This document shows, piece after piece, positions 46,987-56,083 of a stretch of 64,000 bases of DNA. The notes under the pieces were generated by a model. It ran no database searches. It was not told the DNA's origin and saw only the letters and a list, made by a program, of their open reading frames with translations. Within the stretch, counting starts at the first letter, position 1, and the number at the start of each line of letters is the position of its first letter. This DNA is from a virus: positions 32,001-96,000 of the IMG/VR virus record IMGVR_UViG_3300032893_000011. The stretch is one strand, 5' to 3'. A program made the translations under genes and the position numbers.

Positions 46987-47186
46987 AACGCCACCCCCTC
47001 CTCGGTGCCCGACGTGGCGCGCAGCCGGCGCACCGCCTCCCGGACTGCCTCCGCGGCGGCGTGCTCCCCCAACTCGGCCAGCAGCGCAGCATCCCGCTCA
47101 AGCGCCGCGAGCCTGTCCACACCCACCGGGCCGTTTGTGCGGGCCTGGCGCGGTGACCCGCGCGAGCCGGTGATCCTCTGTCTCAT
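46983..47186 (-). CDS. Hypothetical protein
   Basis: Coupled ORF. Confidence 0.5.
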   Translation of the reverse strand: MRQRITGSRGSPRQARTNGPVGVDRLAALERDAALLAELGEHAAAEAVREAVRRLRATSGTEEGVAL

Positions 47187-47452
47187 CGCAGCTGCCTCTC
47201 TTTTGAAGACGTATTCGGTTGCAGGCCGAGGCGCCATGAACCCGTCCACGGCGGCGACCCAGAATCGCAGGCCTCATGCCACGTAAACACTTCCCACGAC
47301 TGCCCCGGGTCGTCCTCGGCCAGCCAAGGGAACCGCTCCCGGGTCAATACGTAGATCGTCTCGCCCTCGCCGACCGCGACGCCGCACGCCCCGCACGCCA
47401 GCGGCCCGGCCTCCTCGCCGACATGGGTGGTTAGCAGAACGGTCTCACTCAC
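47183..47452 (-). CDS. Hypothetical protein (CxxC..HxxC)
   Basis: Coupled ORF. Confidence 0.5.
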   Translation of the reverse strand: MSETVLLTTHVGEEAGPLACGACGVAVGEGETIYVLTRERFPWLAEDDPGQSWEVFTWHEACDSGSPPWTGSWRLGLQPNTSSKERQLR

Positions 47453-47657
47453 CGACGATGTCTTTCATGAGGGCGGCCAGGGCCTCCTGCGTGGGCGTCA
47501 CGGTGGCGCGCTGATATTCGACTTGCTCGGCTCGCATGCGGACAGCCCGCACGAACTGGCGGGCAGCATCCACCGCATCCACGGTCGCGTCTTCATCCGG
47601 CCACTCGACATAGGCGGCGACAGCGCGTTCGAGACTGTCGTACGGGTCAGTACTCAT
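47445..47657 (-). CDS. Hypothetical protein
   Basis: Coupled ORF. Confidence 0.5.
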   Translation of the reverse strand: MSTDPYDSLERAVAAYVEWPDEDATVDAVDAARQFVRAVRMRAEQVEYQRATVTPTQEALAALMKDIVGE

Positions 47658-47970
47658 AGCTGCTTGCGACAACGATAGTGCTGTTGCCGCCACGTAGATC
47701 GCGAATCCAGTCCGCGAAACTCACACCCGCCGGGCATCGGGCCGTGATGTGGGACTCCTCGTCAAAGCGGCGGATCGTCTCCAGGCTTTTGGCGGCGCAG
47801 CACGGTCCATAGCCGCTGCCAGCGAAGATGTAGCCACCGGAGCGCGGGTCGTCGGTGAGGTCGGCGTCGCAGATGTCGCACAGCACCATTCGGCCGATGT
47901 CGATCACCCCCTCGCCGGTTTCGAGCGCGGCCAGGCACTCGGCGCGGATGCGGTCACGTTCACTGCTCAT
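47647..47970 (-). CDS. Hypothetical Cys-containing protein
   Basis: CDIC..GPCC. Confidence 0.55.
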   Translation of the reverse strand: MSSERDRIRAECLAALETGEGVIDIGRMVLCDICDADLTDDPRSGGYIFAGSGYGPCCAAKSLETIRRFDEESHITARCPAGVSFADWIRDLRGGNSTIVVASSYEY

Positions 47971-48125
47971 CGGCAATGGCCTCCCTCGGGTTGTCCAACA
48001 ACCACCTCATAACGCCACATGTCGGCGTCGACAAATTGGGTGACCAGCTCGTAGTCGTCGGTGACCAGCACCAGATGCCCGCAGTCCGGGCTGGGCGACA
48101 GCCGGTCGTACACGCGAAACGTCAC
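47967..48125 (-). CDS. Small hypothetical protein
   Basis: GTG start, 4-nt overlaps at both ends. Confidence 0.45.
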   Translation of the reverse strand: MTFRVYDRLSPSPDCGHLVLVTDDYELVTQFVDADMWRYEVVVGQPEGGHCR

Positions 48126-48532
48126 GGTTCACCGGCCCTCGGGTGGTGGACGCACGGCATCCCGGCCAGGAGGGCCATCCAGCATGCGGGGGGCAACTTG
48201 CCCGGGTCGCGCGGGTCGATGCAGCCGTCGTCGTCGAGCAGCACCAGATGCCCCCGGTACAGCACGGGTACCTCGGCGGGGTCGGCGTCCTGTGACACGA
48301 GCAGCCCGGCGTCGAGCGCGGCCGCGCGGTCCGTCTCCGCTGCGCGGTGGTCACAGGCGCACAGCAGGACCCCGTTGGATGCGCGGCTGGACCCGGGACG
48401 GTCGGTGCCGCCCATCCCCCGCGGCCGGCGGTGGTGGATGTGCTCGCCGGGGTGGGAGTAGTTCACCGCGCACCGGGAGCCCTCCCTCTCGATGATGAGC
48501 CGGCGCGTGGCGGGCGTGAACTCGGCGGTCAC
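48122..48532 (-). CDS. HNH endonuclease-like protein
   Basis: RE...C..HIHHRRPRGMGG..SNGVLLC..DH. Confidence 0.75.
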   Translation of the reverse strand: MTAEFTPATRRLIIEREGSRCAVNYSHPGEHIHHRRPRGMGGTDRPGSSRASNGVLLCACDHRAAETDRAAALDAGLLVSQDADPAEVPVLYRGHLVLLDDDGCIDPRDPGKLPPACWMALLAGMPCVHHPRAGEP

Positions 48533-48810
48533 GAAGAACGCCGACGCCTCGCCGCCGTCGGCTTCTTGGGGCTATCCGGTAGGCGAAGGCCGCTGTCGGC
48601 GCCTTCGAGCATCCGCAGAAGCGCCGCCGTCGGGACACGGATACGGTGGGTGCCGAGCCTGATCGTCGGCAGCTGACCCTCCCGGGCCATTTGGTAGGCG
48701 AAAGCGCGTGAAACCCCCAAGTACTGGCTCGCGCGTCCGATGCTTATCGTTGCGCCCTCACGCCGAAGAGCGTCCAAAGTGGGTACCTTGCTGTGTCGTG
48801 TCGTCGCCAT
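48529..48810 (-). CDS. Excisionase-like (HTH_17) DNA-binding protein
   Basis: ISIGRASQYLGVSRAFAYQMAREGQLPTIRLG..IRVP. Confidence 0.8.
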   Translation of the reverse strand: MATTRHSKVPTLDALRREGATISIGRASQYLGVSRAFAYQMAREGQLPTIRLGTHRIRVPTAALLRMLEGADSGLRLPDSPKKPTAARRRRSS

Positions 48811-48830
48811 GTGCTGAAGTGTGTGCCGGT

Positions 48831-48848
48831 ATTGACACATTTGTCAAT
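48831..48848. promoter_or_regulatory. Palindrome ATTGACA-N4-TGTCAAT; operator/-35 upstream of the Xis-like gene
   Basis: TTGACA on both strands; on minus an 18-nt spacer, CACACT, 7 nt, then ATG 48810. Confidence 0.55.
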
Positions 48849-48850
48849 CC

Positions 48851-49213
48851 CTACATGCGGTCATCGTCGCCGGGCTGCTCGTCGTCGCGGATCGACCCGA
48901 CTGGTGGCGCCTGATCCCACAGGGTGCCCTGATTGGCGTCGACGGGCTCCGGCTGCCCTGGGAGCCACGCCCCGACCAGGCGGCACCGCTTGAAGTGCAC
49001 GTCCTCGCCCTCGGTGGTCAGATGCACGCAGTCGTCGACGACCTGGAGTTTGACCATCAGCGTGACCGTGCCGCCGCGGTGGGGCGGGTTGGCGAGCACG
49101 ACGAGCGTCTTGTTGCCCATGCGGATCTCCGCGGGAATGTTGTCGGCGGCGTCGAACCTGTCGAGTTCGTTACCGCTGGGCAGCCTGGCCGGCCTGGTCG
49201 TTATCTCCGCCAT
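48851..49213 (-). CDS. Hypothetical protein
   Basis: ORF with upstream AAGGAAAG. Confidence 0.6.
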   Translation of the reverse strand: MAEITTRPARLPSGNELDRFDAADNIPAEIRMGNKTLVVLANPPHRGGTVTLMVKLQVVDDCVHLTTEGEDVHFKRCRLVGAWLPGQPEPVDANQGTLWDQAPPVGSIRDDEQPGDDDRM

Positions 49214-50240
49214 CACTTTCCTTCTTCTCTGCTGTCGGGAGTTTCTTCAGCGTGTTATACAGCAGCCGGTACTGGTCGGCGGTGAGGTGTTTACGGCTGT
49301 CGACGTTGGCGTCCAGCGACATGGAGCACCAGTTGAGGTGCTCCTCGCGGTCGGCGGTCCCCAGGACGCGGGTCAACTCGCGGACCAGGAACGTGATTTG
49401 GCCCTGGGTGATCATCTTCACCTCGCTAGTCGTGGTGGGCTCGGTCGCGGGTGCGGCTTGACCCTCCTCGACCAGTCGGTCGGTGAACGCCCTGAGCGCA
49501 TCGGTGTCCAACGTGTCCATCAAATTCTGGACACCGTCGCGGGTGGTGATGAGGCCCTTCTGGCAGTCGCCGAAGAAGCGGTGCATCAGGCGCTCCTTCG
49601 TCCAGCCCAGCGGATCGGTCCGCTTCTTCATGTCCCTCAAGGCGTCATTGGCGTCGGCCCTGAGCCGACGCTCCTCCGGGCTGGGCGCCCCCGCGGCATA
49701 CTCATGCTCTCGGCCATCATCCTGGGTTGTTGCGTCGTGCAGGTCACCCTTGTGCCACAGCTCCAACGCCCACCCGAACCTCATACCGCTGTTCCTCAGT
49801 GCATCGCCAATTGCCTCCTTGACGGCGTTGGGCCCTCTTTTGCCCCCCGAGTCACCGTAGCCGATGCGAGTAACTCCACAGATGGTCAGCTTGATCCACA
49901 GGCCCCCATCCCTGTCGAACAGAGGCAGTCCGTTGTCGTCGACCGCCATCGGCTCCCAGTTCCACTCCGGGTCGGCGTCAAGGAAAGCATCGGTCGTCGC
50001 GGCGTGCCCCACATAGTCCAGGTGAATGGTGTTGGACGACGGGTGATAGCCGCCGCAGATGTTGCAGCGCTGCTTAGGCTGGTTGTCCCACGCGTCCTTG
50101 AAAGTAGGCTGCGGCTTCTTGGCGATCAAGTTGTCAGGGACGGGCTGGCGCAACTTCTCCAACCCTGTCACCACCGCCTCGGGGGCGGCCGGTTGCGCGG
50201 CGGCCTTGTTGTCGGCGGCGGGTTTAGTAGCGGTCATCAT
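49170..50240 (-). CDS. Rad52/Rad22 (Sak)-like ssDNA annealing protein
   Basis: HLDYVGHA..T...DADPEWNWEP, GLWIKLTICGVTRIGYG, KEAIGDALRN..MRFG. Confidence 0.8.
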   Translation of the reverse strand: MMTATKPAADNKAAAQPAAPEAVVTGLEKLRQPVPDNLIAKKPQPTFKDAWDNQPKQRCNICGGYHPSSNTIHLDYVGHAATTDAFLDADPEWNWEPMAVDDNGLPLFDRDGGLWIKLTICGVTRIGYGDSGGKRGPNAVKEAIGDALRNSGMRFGWALELWHKGDLHDATTQDDGREHEYAAGAPSPEERRLRADANDALRDMKKRTDPLGWTKERLMHRFFGDCQKGLITTRDGVQNLMDTLDTDALRAFTDRLVEEGQAAPATEPTTTSEVKMITQGQITFLVRELTRVLGTADREEHLNWCSMSLDANVDSRKHLTADQYRLLYNTLKKLPTAEKKESDGGDNDQAGQAAQR

Positions 50241-50393
50241 GTGTTCCTTCGGTTGCGGTTGACGAAGATTGGCGGTGGGATTGGCTTGGGCAGTCCTTGC
50301 CGCAGCCCCAGTCGGCGCAGATGTGCCCTCCGGTGCCGTACTGCTCGGAGGTGCACGAGTATCGCTCCGGCGCGTAGCCGTCGCCCATAATGG

Positions 50394-50750
50394 TCATTGC
50401 AGCTCAACCCTCACGCTGCCGCCCTGCGGTATCGCGCGCCGCTGCGCCCACTCCAGGAAATCCGGCACAGGGAAACAGTAGGACCGGCAGATCACGTGGT
50501 CGTCGGGTGACCATAGCGCGATGTGCTGCGCATGACACTGTGGCACATCCTCGAACAGGATCACCCCATCGGCCGATACTGGCGTGCGGGCGATCTCGGG
50601 TATCGACTGATCCTCGATCAACGAGCCACCGGAGTCGAGTTCAAAGTCCCCGTCATGCAGGGTGGCGTAGGCGGCCATACCCAACACGGCCTCGACGAAC
50701 GACTCGTCGACAGCTTTGACGAACGATCTATTGGGGGAGTGGGCCATCAT
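50394..50750 (-). CDS. Hypothetical protein
   Basis: AAGGAG upstream. Confidence 0.55.
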   Translation of the reverse strand: MMAHSPNRSFVKAVDESFVEAVLGMAAYATLHDGDFELDSGGSLIEDQSIPEIARTPVSADGVILFEDVPQCHAQHIALWSPDDHVICRSYCFPVPDFLEWAQRRAIPQGGSVRVELQ

Positions 50751-50756
50751 TTCTCC

Positions 50757-51554
50757 TTAGCGAAATGCCCATGGGGGCAAGGTCATGTCGTACATCTGGT
50801 CGTAGCCAGGCCACTGGTCGGTGACACGGCACTGGTGGTAGAGGTTGATGGCCTGGCGCATCCGCGTCGCCCCCAGCAGCAGCTCGTCGCCGCGCTGGTT
50901 GATGACGCTCACCAGGTAAGGGGAGGCCTTCTCCACGGCGACGAAACGCACGATCGGGTCGAGGGCCAGGCCCATCAGCCGCGCCAGGGCGTGATACCAC
51001 GCCCCCGCAATGTGGTAGCCCAAATCGAAGGCCTTGCGGCTGAACGCCCGATACTCGGCGGTGGACGACGTTTTCAGGTCCGCCAGCACGAGGCGGTCAC
51101 CCTCGAACGTGATCCAGTCCACCCTGCCGGTGAGAAGCACACCAGTGTCCGGGTCGACGAACTCCAGCGGGACCTCGGGCTTGCCCTGCTCGAACAGCGG
51201 GCCCGCGAGGGGATGCGACCGCACGGCGGCGACCATCGCCGCCGCCTGCTCGTACTCGGCGGGCGTGAACACCAACGCCCCGCGGTCCCGTACTTCTTTC
51301 TCGGCGGCCTTCCACGCCGCGCAGGCCTTCGGGTTATCGGAGACCGTGCCGTCGCGTTTACGGCCGTGCACGGCCGGGTCGAGGACCTCGTACTCCTCGC
51401 CGACGCCCAGAAGCAGTGTGTGCACCAACTGTCCGAACTCCATCGCGGGCGTCGACTCGACCGGGGTGTCGATGGCCTCCTTGAACAGGCGGGGGCAGTT
51501 GGGCGGCAGCAGCAGCGGCGCCCTGCTCGCCGACAGCCTCCACGGGTCGCTCAA
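50757..51554 (-). CDS. RecE/ExoVIII-like PD-(D/E)XK exonuclease
   Basis: LSAS, AMEFGQLVH, GRVDW, DLKT, GYH..AWY, FVAVEK..PY; TTG start inferred. Confidence 0.8.
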   Translation of the reverse strand: MSDPWRLSASRAPLLLPPNCPRLFKEAIDTPVESTPAMEFGQLVHTLLLGVGEEYEVLDPAVHGRKRDGTVSDNPKACAAWKAAEKEVRDRGALVFTPAEYEQAAAMVAAVRSHPLAGPLFEQGKPEVPLEFVDPDTGVLLTGRVDWITFEGDRLVLADLKTSSTAEYRAFSRKAFDLGYHIAGAWYHALARLMGLALDPIVRFVAVEKASPYLVSVINQRGDELLLGATRMRQAINLYHQCRVTDQWPGYDQMYDMTLPPWAFR

Positions 51555-51693
51555 CGCTTCGCCTCCCTGGTCAGCCGGACCGAAATGCCGATCCGGGTGT
51601 TGTGCTCGGCGGTGCGGGCGTGCTTGCGGTAGGTGCAGCCCGGCGCGCACGGCCGGGTCAACGCGGGGTGCCACATGGGGATTGCTCCGCCTC

Positions 51694-51846
51694 TCATCGG
51701 TCGAGGTCCGCGACGCAGTCGGGGCACAACACGCCGTCGTCGCGCCGCTGGGGTGTGAACAGTTCGAGGCAGCGCGCGCAGCGTCGCCACCGCCTCGGCT
51801 TGGGCGGTCGACCGCTACGCAGACAGATCACGGAGAACCCGCTCAC
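51694..51846 (-). CDS. Small zinc-ribbon protein
   Basis: CARC..CPDC. Confidence 0.45.
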   Translation of the reverse strand: MSGFSVICLRSGRPPKPRRWRRCARCLELFTPQRRDDGVLCPDCVADLDR

Positions 51847-52211
51847 GGCTGGGCCCAGCCCTGGGTCCAGCCGAACGCCTGAGACTCGCTCAAATTCTCG
51901 CGAATCGCGGCCAGGGCCAGCATCATCAACGTCTCCAGCTCCGGGCGGGGGGTTCGGGCGATCCACGCCAGGACACGGTTGGGGTCCTCGTCGCGCAGAA
52001 CCTGCGCCCAGTGCAGCACGGTCCGGCTGCGTATGCGCAGCCACGTCGCCGCCAGCTCCTCCTCGGTGACGAGCTGGCCCGAGCGTACGCACTGCGGGCC
52101 GGTCGGATAAGTGGAGTGGCGCACCAGCTTGCGGCGGCAGATACGGCGCATCTGCCCGCACTCCGAGCACTCGACCAGCTCGGGCATGACCTGCTGGGTT
52201 ACCGCCGTCAC
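51843..52211 (-). CDS. Hypothetical protein
   Basis: CSECG..H..C; coupled. Confidence 0.6.
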   Translation of the reverse strand: MTAVTQQVMPELVECSECGQMRRICRRKLVRHSTYPTGPQCVRSGQLVTEEELAATWLRIRSRTVLHWAQVLRDEDPNRVLAWIARTPRPELETLMMLALAAIRENLSESQAFGWTQGWAQP

Positions 52212-52363
52212 GGCCGGCGCCTACGTGCCCGGCGGGCGGCCAGGTCGACAACCGTGGCGTCCTCGACGATGACGGCTCGGCCATCTCGTAAGTGCGCTGC
52301 AAGATCTTCGAGGGTCTGGGCTGCGTCCAGGGGTGTCCAGACAGGCTTGGGGCGAGGCGGCAT
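52208..52363 (-). CDS. Small hypothetical protein, first gene of the leftward operon
   Basis: AAGGA before ATG; MPPRPKPVWTPLDAAQ.. Confidence 0.5.
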   Translation of the reverse strand: MPPRPKPVWTPLDAAQTLEDLAAHLRDGRAVIVEDATVVDLAARRARRRRP

Positions 52364-52396
52364 GGCGGTCCTTGGTTCGTAGCGGACGACGGGGAC

Positions 52397-52420
52397 TAAC
52401 GGCTAATTATATACCACAAC
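52397..52420 (-). promoter_or_regulatory. Leftward SigA-like promoter
   Basis: TATAAT on minus (52406-52411) within TGTGGTATATAAT. Confidence 0.6.
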
Positions 52421-52451
52421 GCCTACATCGCGAGGGGGTTCTTTAATGGGC

Positions 52452-52485
52452 GTGGCCCCGGGTGCCGCTACTCACCCGGGGCCAC
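52452..52485. terminator. Perfect 13-bp hairpin
   Basis: GTGGCCCCGGGTG-N8-CACCCGGGGCCAC. Confidence 0.55.
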
Positions 52486-52558
52486 CATCACCGATACCAC
52501 CCGAACACCATGCCGTCGTGGTAGCCCACACGATACCACAACCCCTACACTGAGGGGC

Positions 52559-53026
52559 GTGGTAACGAAGCCTAGCTCAACGAAAGTCGTCATCGACCCG
52601 CGCGAGGTCGAGGCACGCCCGGTGCTGTGTTTCTTGAACGGGGCGCAGGTCGCGTCGCGGCTCGGGCGGACCCGGGGGTGGCTGGCGACGGTGGAGCTGC
52701 CGACCCACGACGCGCAGATCGGCGACCGCAAAGGCTGGGCGGCCGAAACCGTAGATGCCTGGGGCGCGCACCAGCCGCTGGGGCGCCGCGACGAGAAGCT
52801 GGTGCTGCGGTTCCTGAGCCGCACGGAGGTGGCGAAGTACCTGGGTATGCGGGGCTACCACTCCCTGTCGGGGGTGGAGCTGCCCGCGCCCGACGCGCTG
52901 ATCGGCGACTGCAAGGGCTGGACGCCGGCCACCATCGACGCGTGGCAGGCCGCCAGGCCCGGCCGGGGCCGGTGGGGTGCGCGCACCGGGCAGACCCGCG
53001 CCGGGCTGTCCGCGGCGCGCGCCTAG
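52559..53026 (+). CDS. Tandem AlpA-like winged-HTH protein
   Basis: Two repeats of FL...EVA..LG......VELP..DA.IGD.KGW...T.DAW. Confidence 0.75.
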   Translation: MVTKPSSTKVVIDPREVEARPVLCFLNGAQVASRLGRTRGWLATVELPTHDAQIGDRKGWAAETVDAWGAHQPLGRRDEKLVLRFLSRTEVAKYLGMRGYHSLSGVELPAPDALIGDCKGWTPATIDAWQAARPGRGRWGARTGQTRAGLSAARA

Positions 53027-53265
53027 GGCGTCTTGTGCAGCAGGGCGTCGGCGGCCTTCAGCGTGGAGACGACGATGTTCAAGTCGTCGACCACCTCGGT
53101 GAAAAACTCCTGCTGCTGCTCGGACAGGATCAGCTTCAAGATCGGGTTGTTCTCGGCGCCGTTGGCGACGCCGTCGATGAGCTGGGCGGCGGTGGTGACC
53201 GGGTCGAGCACCTTGGCGATGGCGGCTTCGATGTCGGCGAAACTGAAACCTGACAGGTCGGGCAT
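53023..53265 (-). CDS. Hypothetical protein
   Basis: GAGGAG upstream; amphipathic helices. Confidence 0.6.
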   Translation of the reverse strand: MPDLSGFSFADIEAAIAKVLDPVTTAAQLIDGVANGAENNPILKLILSEQQQEFFTEVVDDLNIVVSTLKAADALLHKTP

Positions 53266-53405
53266 GGGGGGCTCCTCGGGGTGGGGGTGGGTCCGCCGCC
53301 CGATACTACGCCGGCACCGTTAACGGTCGCCAGCATTAAAAACGCCGGAAGGATGTGCGGTTGGAGCCAAGTCGGCGGCGGTGAGCTAAAGTAGGCCGTT
53401 AAAGC

Positions 53406-53437
53406 GGAAACCCCGGGCGGGTGGCCCGGGGGTTTCC
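53406..53437. terminator. GC-rich hairpin
   Basis: GGAAACCCCGGGC-loop-GCCCGGGGGTTTCC. Confidence 0.5.
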
Positions 53438-53840
53438 AATATCTCAGCGCTCCATGCGAGATAGGAGGAGTCTAGCAGACCGATCGAGTCTGCACCCACC
53501 CATTGCGCTATCGGCGAGTCCGCTCCACCCCCTAGACCGACCGCCCCGGTGTTGTCAAGTCCATGAACCGGCATGGGCGACCCGCGGCCGAAGGCCAAGG
53601 CTCGGGCAAGAATCCTCGCCGCAGATGGTCCGTCTGGGGTGATGACAGCTTGCCCACCACCTGGTTTCCCGTGGTTTCGACCGCGGCGGTGGCGCGTTTT
53701 TTTGGGGGGCCCGAGCTATGCCCACCGACAGGTGGGCAAGACAACCTCGACGAGTGCCACCCCCCCGGAGCAAGTTCCTAAAAAAAAAAGCGGGGCATCG
53801 CGTTGTTGGCCCCGGTTGAGAAGGAAGGACATCGAGATCG

Positions 53841-54305
53841 ATGAGCGTGAAAGGTCGGCGTACGGTGTCGCGTGCGGGCTACGCGGCCTACATTCAGAGC
53901 GACGCCTGGCGCGCCGTGCGTAGAAGGTTCTGGGCGTCTAAGTTGCCGAAGACTTGTTTCATTTGCGGCGCGGATCCAATGCCGGGAATGCACCTGCACC
54001 ATCGGACGTATAAGAACCTCGGCAACGAGATGCTGAAGGACATTGTGCCTACGTGTCCTGGTTGCCATGAGGAGATTCACCGGTTGTACGAAAGTGATCC
54101 CAAGTGGAGAGCGCAGGGGCTGTGGGGTGTGACGAAAGCCCTGCGGAAGCGCCGCGGTGGGGGCAGGGTTGGGATGGCTAAGCAGTATAAGGCGAAGGGT
54201 CACCAGTTGCCGCGGAAGTTCATTGAGAAGTACGGCGAGGATGGTCGCGACCGGCCGAATAGACGCCGCCGCGCTCCGCAGGCACAACCCCGTCATGGGG
54301 CGTAG
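53841..54305 (+). CDS. HNH endonuclease
   Basis: Y..YI.S..W, CFICG, HLHHRTYKNLG.E...D...CPGCHEEIH. Confidence 0.8.
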   Translation: MSVKGRRTVSRAGYAAYIQSDAWRAVRRRFWASKLPKTCFICGADPMPGMHLHHRTYKNLGNEMLKDIVPTCPGCHEEIHRLYESDPKWRAQGLWGVTKALRKRRGGGRVGMAKQYKAKGHQLPRKFIEKYGEDGRDRPNRRRRAPQAQPRHGA

Positions 54306-54308
54306 GAT

Positions 54309-54524
54309 GTGCCGATGGCTAACAGGCCGCCCAACCCCTACCGCTCCGCTGTCGTGTTCACCGACGCGCGCACCGGTTTGCAGGAGCGCCGGCTGGTGAT
54401 CCGGTGCAGGGGGTGCGGCGAGAAGTGCGTCACGTCGCCCCTGTCGCTGCTGGACCGCACCCGCCGCTGCATCCTGTGCCGCGCCGCGCCGAATGCGGGT
54501 GTTGTGCCACACTCTGCTCTGTGA
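54309..54524 (+). CDS. Small zinc-ribbon protein
   Basis: CRGC..CILC. Confidence 0.5.
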   Translation: MPMANRPPNPYRSAVVFTDARTGLQERRLVIRCRGCGEKCVTSPLSLLDRTRRCILCRAAPNAGVVPHSAL

Positions 54525-55030
54525 GCAGATGGTCTGACGCGGCCCGCTACCGGGCGAAACCGGAGCTCGCCGCGCGGCGCGGCAAGGCGCTGACGATGCG
54601 CAACGCCGGGGCGACGTGGGAGGCGATCGCCGAGGCGCTGGGCGTGTCCACGGAGACCGCCCGCAAGGATGTTGCGCAGATGATCCGCGAGGCGGTGCGG
54701 ATACCGGCGGAGCAGATGGTGGACCGGCAGCGCGCCATCCTCCTGGACATCGTGCGCACCGAGTACCCGACCGCGATGGACAAGAACGCGGCGCCGGAGG
54801 CCCGGCACGGTGCGCAGGGCAGGATCCTGGACTGTTTGGCGCACGAGGCGAAGCTGTTCGGCCTGTACGCGCCGACCCGGGTGGCGGTGGCGCCGACCGA
54901 GGCCGAGTTCGCCACCCGGGCGCTGGAGCTGTTGGCGGTGGTGGGGGTGGAGCCTTTGGCCGAGCTGGCGCGCGCGAACGTCGGCGAGGCGCAGGTCGTC
55001 GAGGAGGACGACGATTGGAGCAACTTGTGA
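54521..55030 (+). CDS. Probable terminase small subunit (HTH)
   Basis: RRGKALTMRNAGATWEAIAEALGVS, AKLFGLYAP motif. Confidence 0.6.
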   Translation: MSRWSDAARYRAKPELAARRGKALTMRNAGATWEAIAEALGVSTETARKDVAQMIREAVRIPAEQMVDRQRAILLDIVRTEYPTAMDKNAAPEARHGAQGRILDCLAHEAKLFGLYAPTRVAVAPTEAEFATRALELLAVVGVEPLAELARANVGEAQVVEEDDDWSNL

Positions 55031-55055
55031 CACGGCTGGCCCCTATACTTGAGCC

Positions 55056-55256
55056 GTGAGCGCGCAGGTTACACAGACCCGCGACCGGGTGAAGGTCCGC
55101 TACGGGCGGGCCATCGTGTCGTGGCACGTGCGCAAGACCACCCCGAACGTGACCGTGGGCGCCATCCTCGCCACCGCCCCTCCCGGCTGTTTTGAGGAGT
55201 TGTCCCGCGCAGTGGCCGCGGCCCGCGACGTCTACGCTTGCCATGCCGCAGCCTAG
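55056..55256 (+). CDS. Hypothetical protein
   Basis: ORF in operon. Confidence 0.4.
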   Translation: MSAQVTQTRDRVKVRYGRAIVSWHVRKTTPNVTVGAILATAPPGCFEELSRAVAAARDVYACHAAA

Positions 55257-55470
55257 CTGCGACGGCGGGATCGACCTGTGGGCGCACGCCGCGCGCCTGG
55301 CGTCCCGGTTCAAGGTCCCTGTCAGCGTCGAGCGGGTGTCGGCGGACCTGCCTGCGATTCAGTGGATGGTGCGCATCGGCGGCCGGACCGTGGGCCCGTT
55401 GACGACACGCGACACGCTGCTGGCCCTAGACATCCTGAACGCCGGGTTCGCCGCGAGTAGGAGGGACTGA
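55243..55470 (+). CDS. Hypothetical protein
   Basis: ORF in operon. Confidence 0.5.
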   Translation: MPQPSCDGGIDLWAHAARLASRFKVPVSVERVSADLPAIQWMVRIGGRTVGPLTTRDTLLALDILNAGFAASRRD

Positions 55471-55673
55471 TGTCGAAGCGAAGCAAGCCCCGCGACCGCT
55501 GGGTGCAGGTCAACGCCTCCAGCCACACCCGGCCGGCCGACTTTTGCGCAGGTTGTGGATATTTTCGTGTTGTCTACGGGGTTCACCGAGACGATTGCAC
55601 GCGCCTCAGGACAGTGACTCGCCGCAGCCGAAAAACCAACCAACTCCGTGGGGAGAACGCCTGCATGGCCTAG
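55470..55673 (+). CDS. Small Cys/His protein
   Basis: GAGGGA upstream; CAGCGY..HRDDC. Confidence 0.5.
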   Translation: MSKRSKPRDRWVQVNASSHTRPADFCAGCGYFRVVYGVHRDDCTRLRTVTRRSRKTNQLRGENACMA

Positions 55674-55707
55674 AATAGATCTTGGCGCGGGTTTAGCGCC
55701 ACTTCAG

Positions 55708-55858
55708 GGCGAGGCTAGGCTGGGCTGGGCGGGGTTGGGCGGGGCTAGGCTAGGCAGGGCTACCTCAGGGCAGGGCGTGGCTGGGCCCGGCTGGGCGCGG
55801 CTTGGCAGGGCGCGGCAGGGCGCGGCCTGGCTCGGCGAGGCGAGGCAGGGCAGGGTGG
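55708..55858 (+). repeat. Degenerate GGCNN pentanucleotide tandem array (about 29 units)
   Basis: ggcga ggcta ggctg ggctg ggcgg ... ggcga ggcga ggcag ggcag. Confidence 0.85.
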
Positions 55859-56083
55859 CTGAGGTGAGCGGGTTGAAACGCCGCTCACCTCAGCTCTGCC
55901 TGCGGGTAGGATTCAGGGTCATGCTGGGAGCCCCGGTCACATGGGACATCACCCCCGAGGGTCAGGTGGTGTGCCGCTGGTGCAGGCGGCCCATCCACAT
56001 GTGCGGGATAGGCACCCCCCGGCGCGGCGAGTCCTGCCGAGGCCGCCTCGAATACTGGCGGCGCGCCACCGCCTAACACTAAT

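Noticed and set aside
55648-56076. 142-aa ORF spanning the pentamer array
   Set aside because: Sequence is a by-product of the GGCNN repeat; at most the 3' part (55921-56076) may be coding
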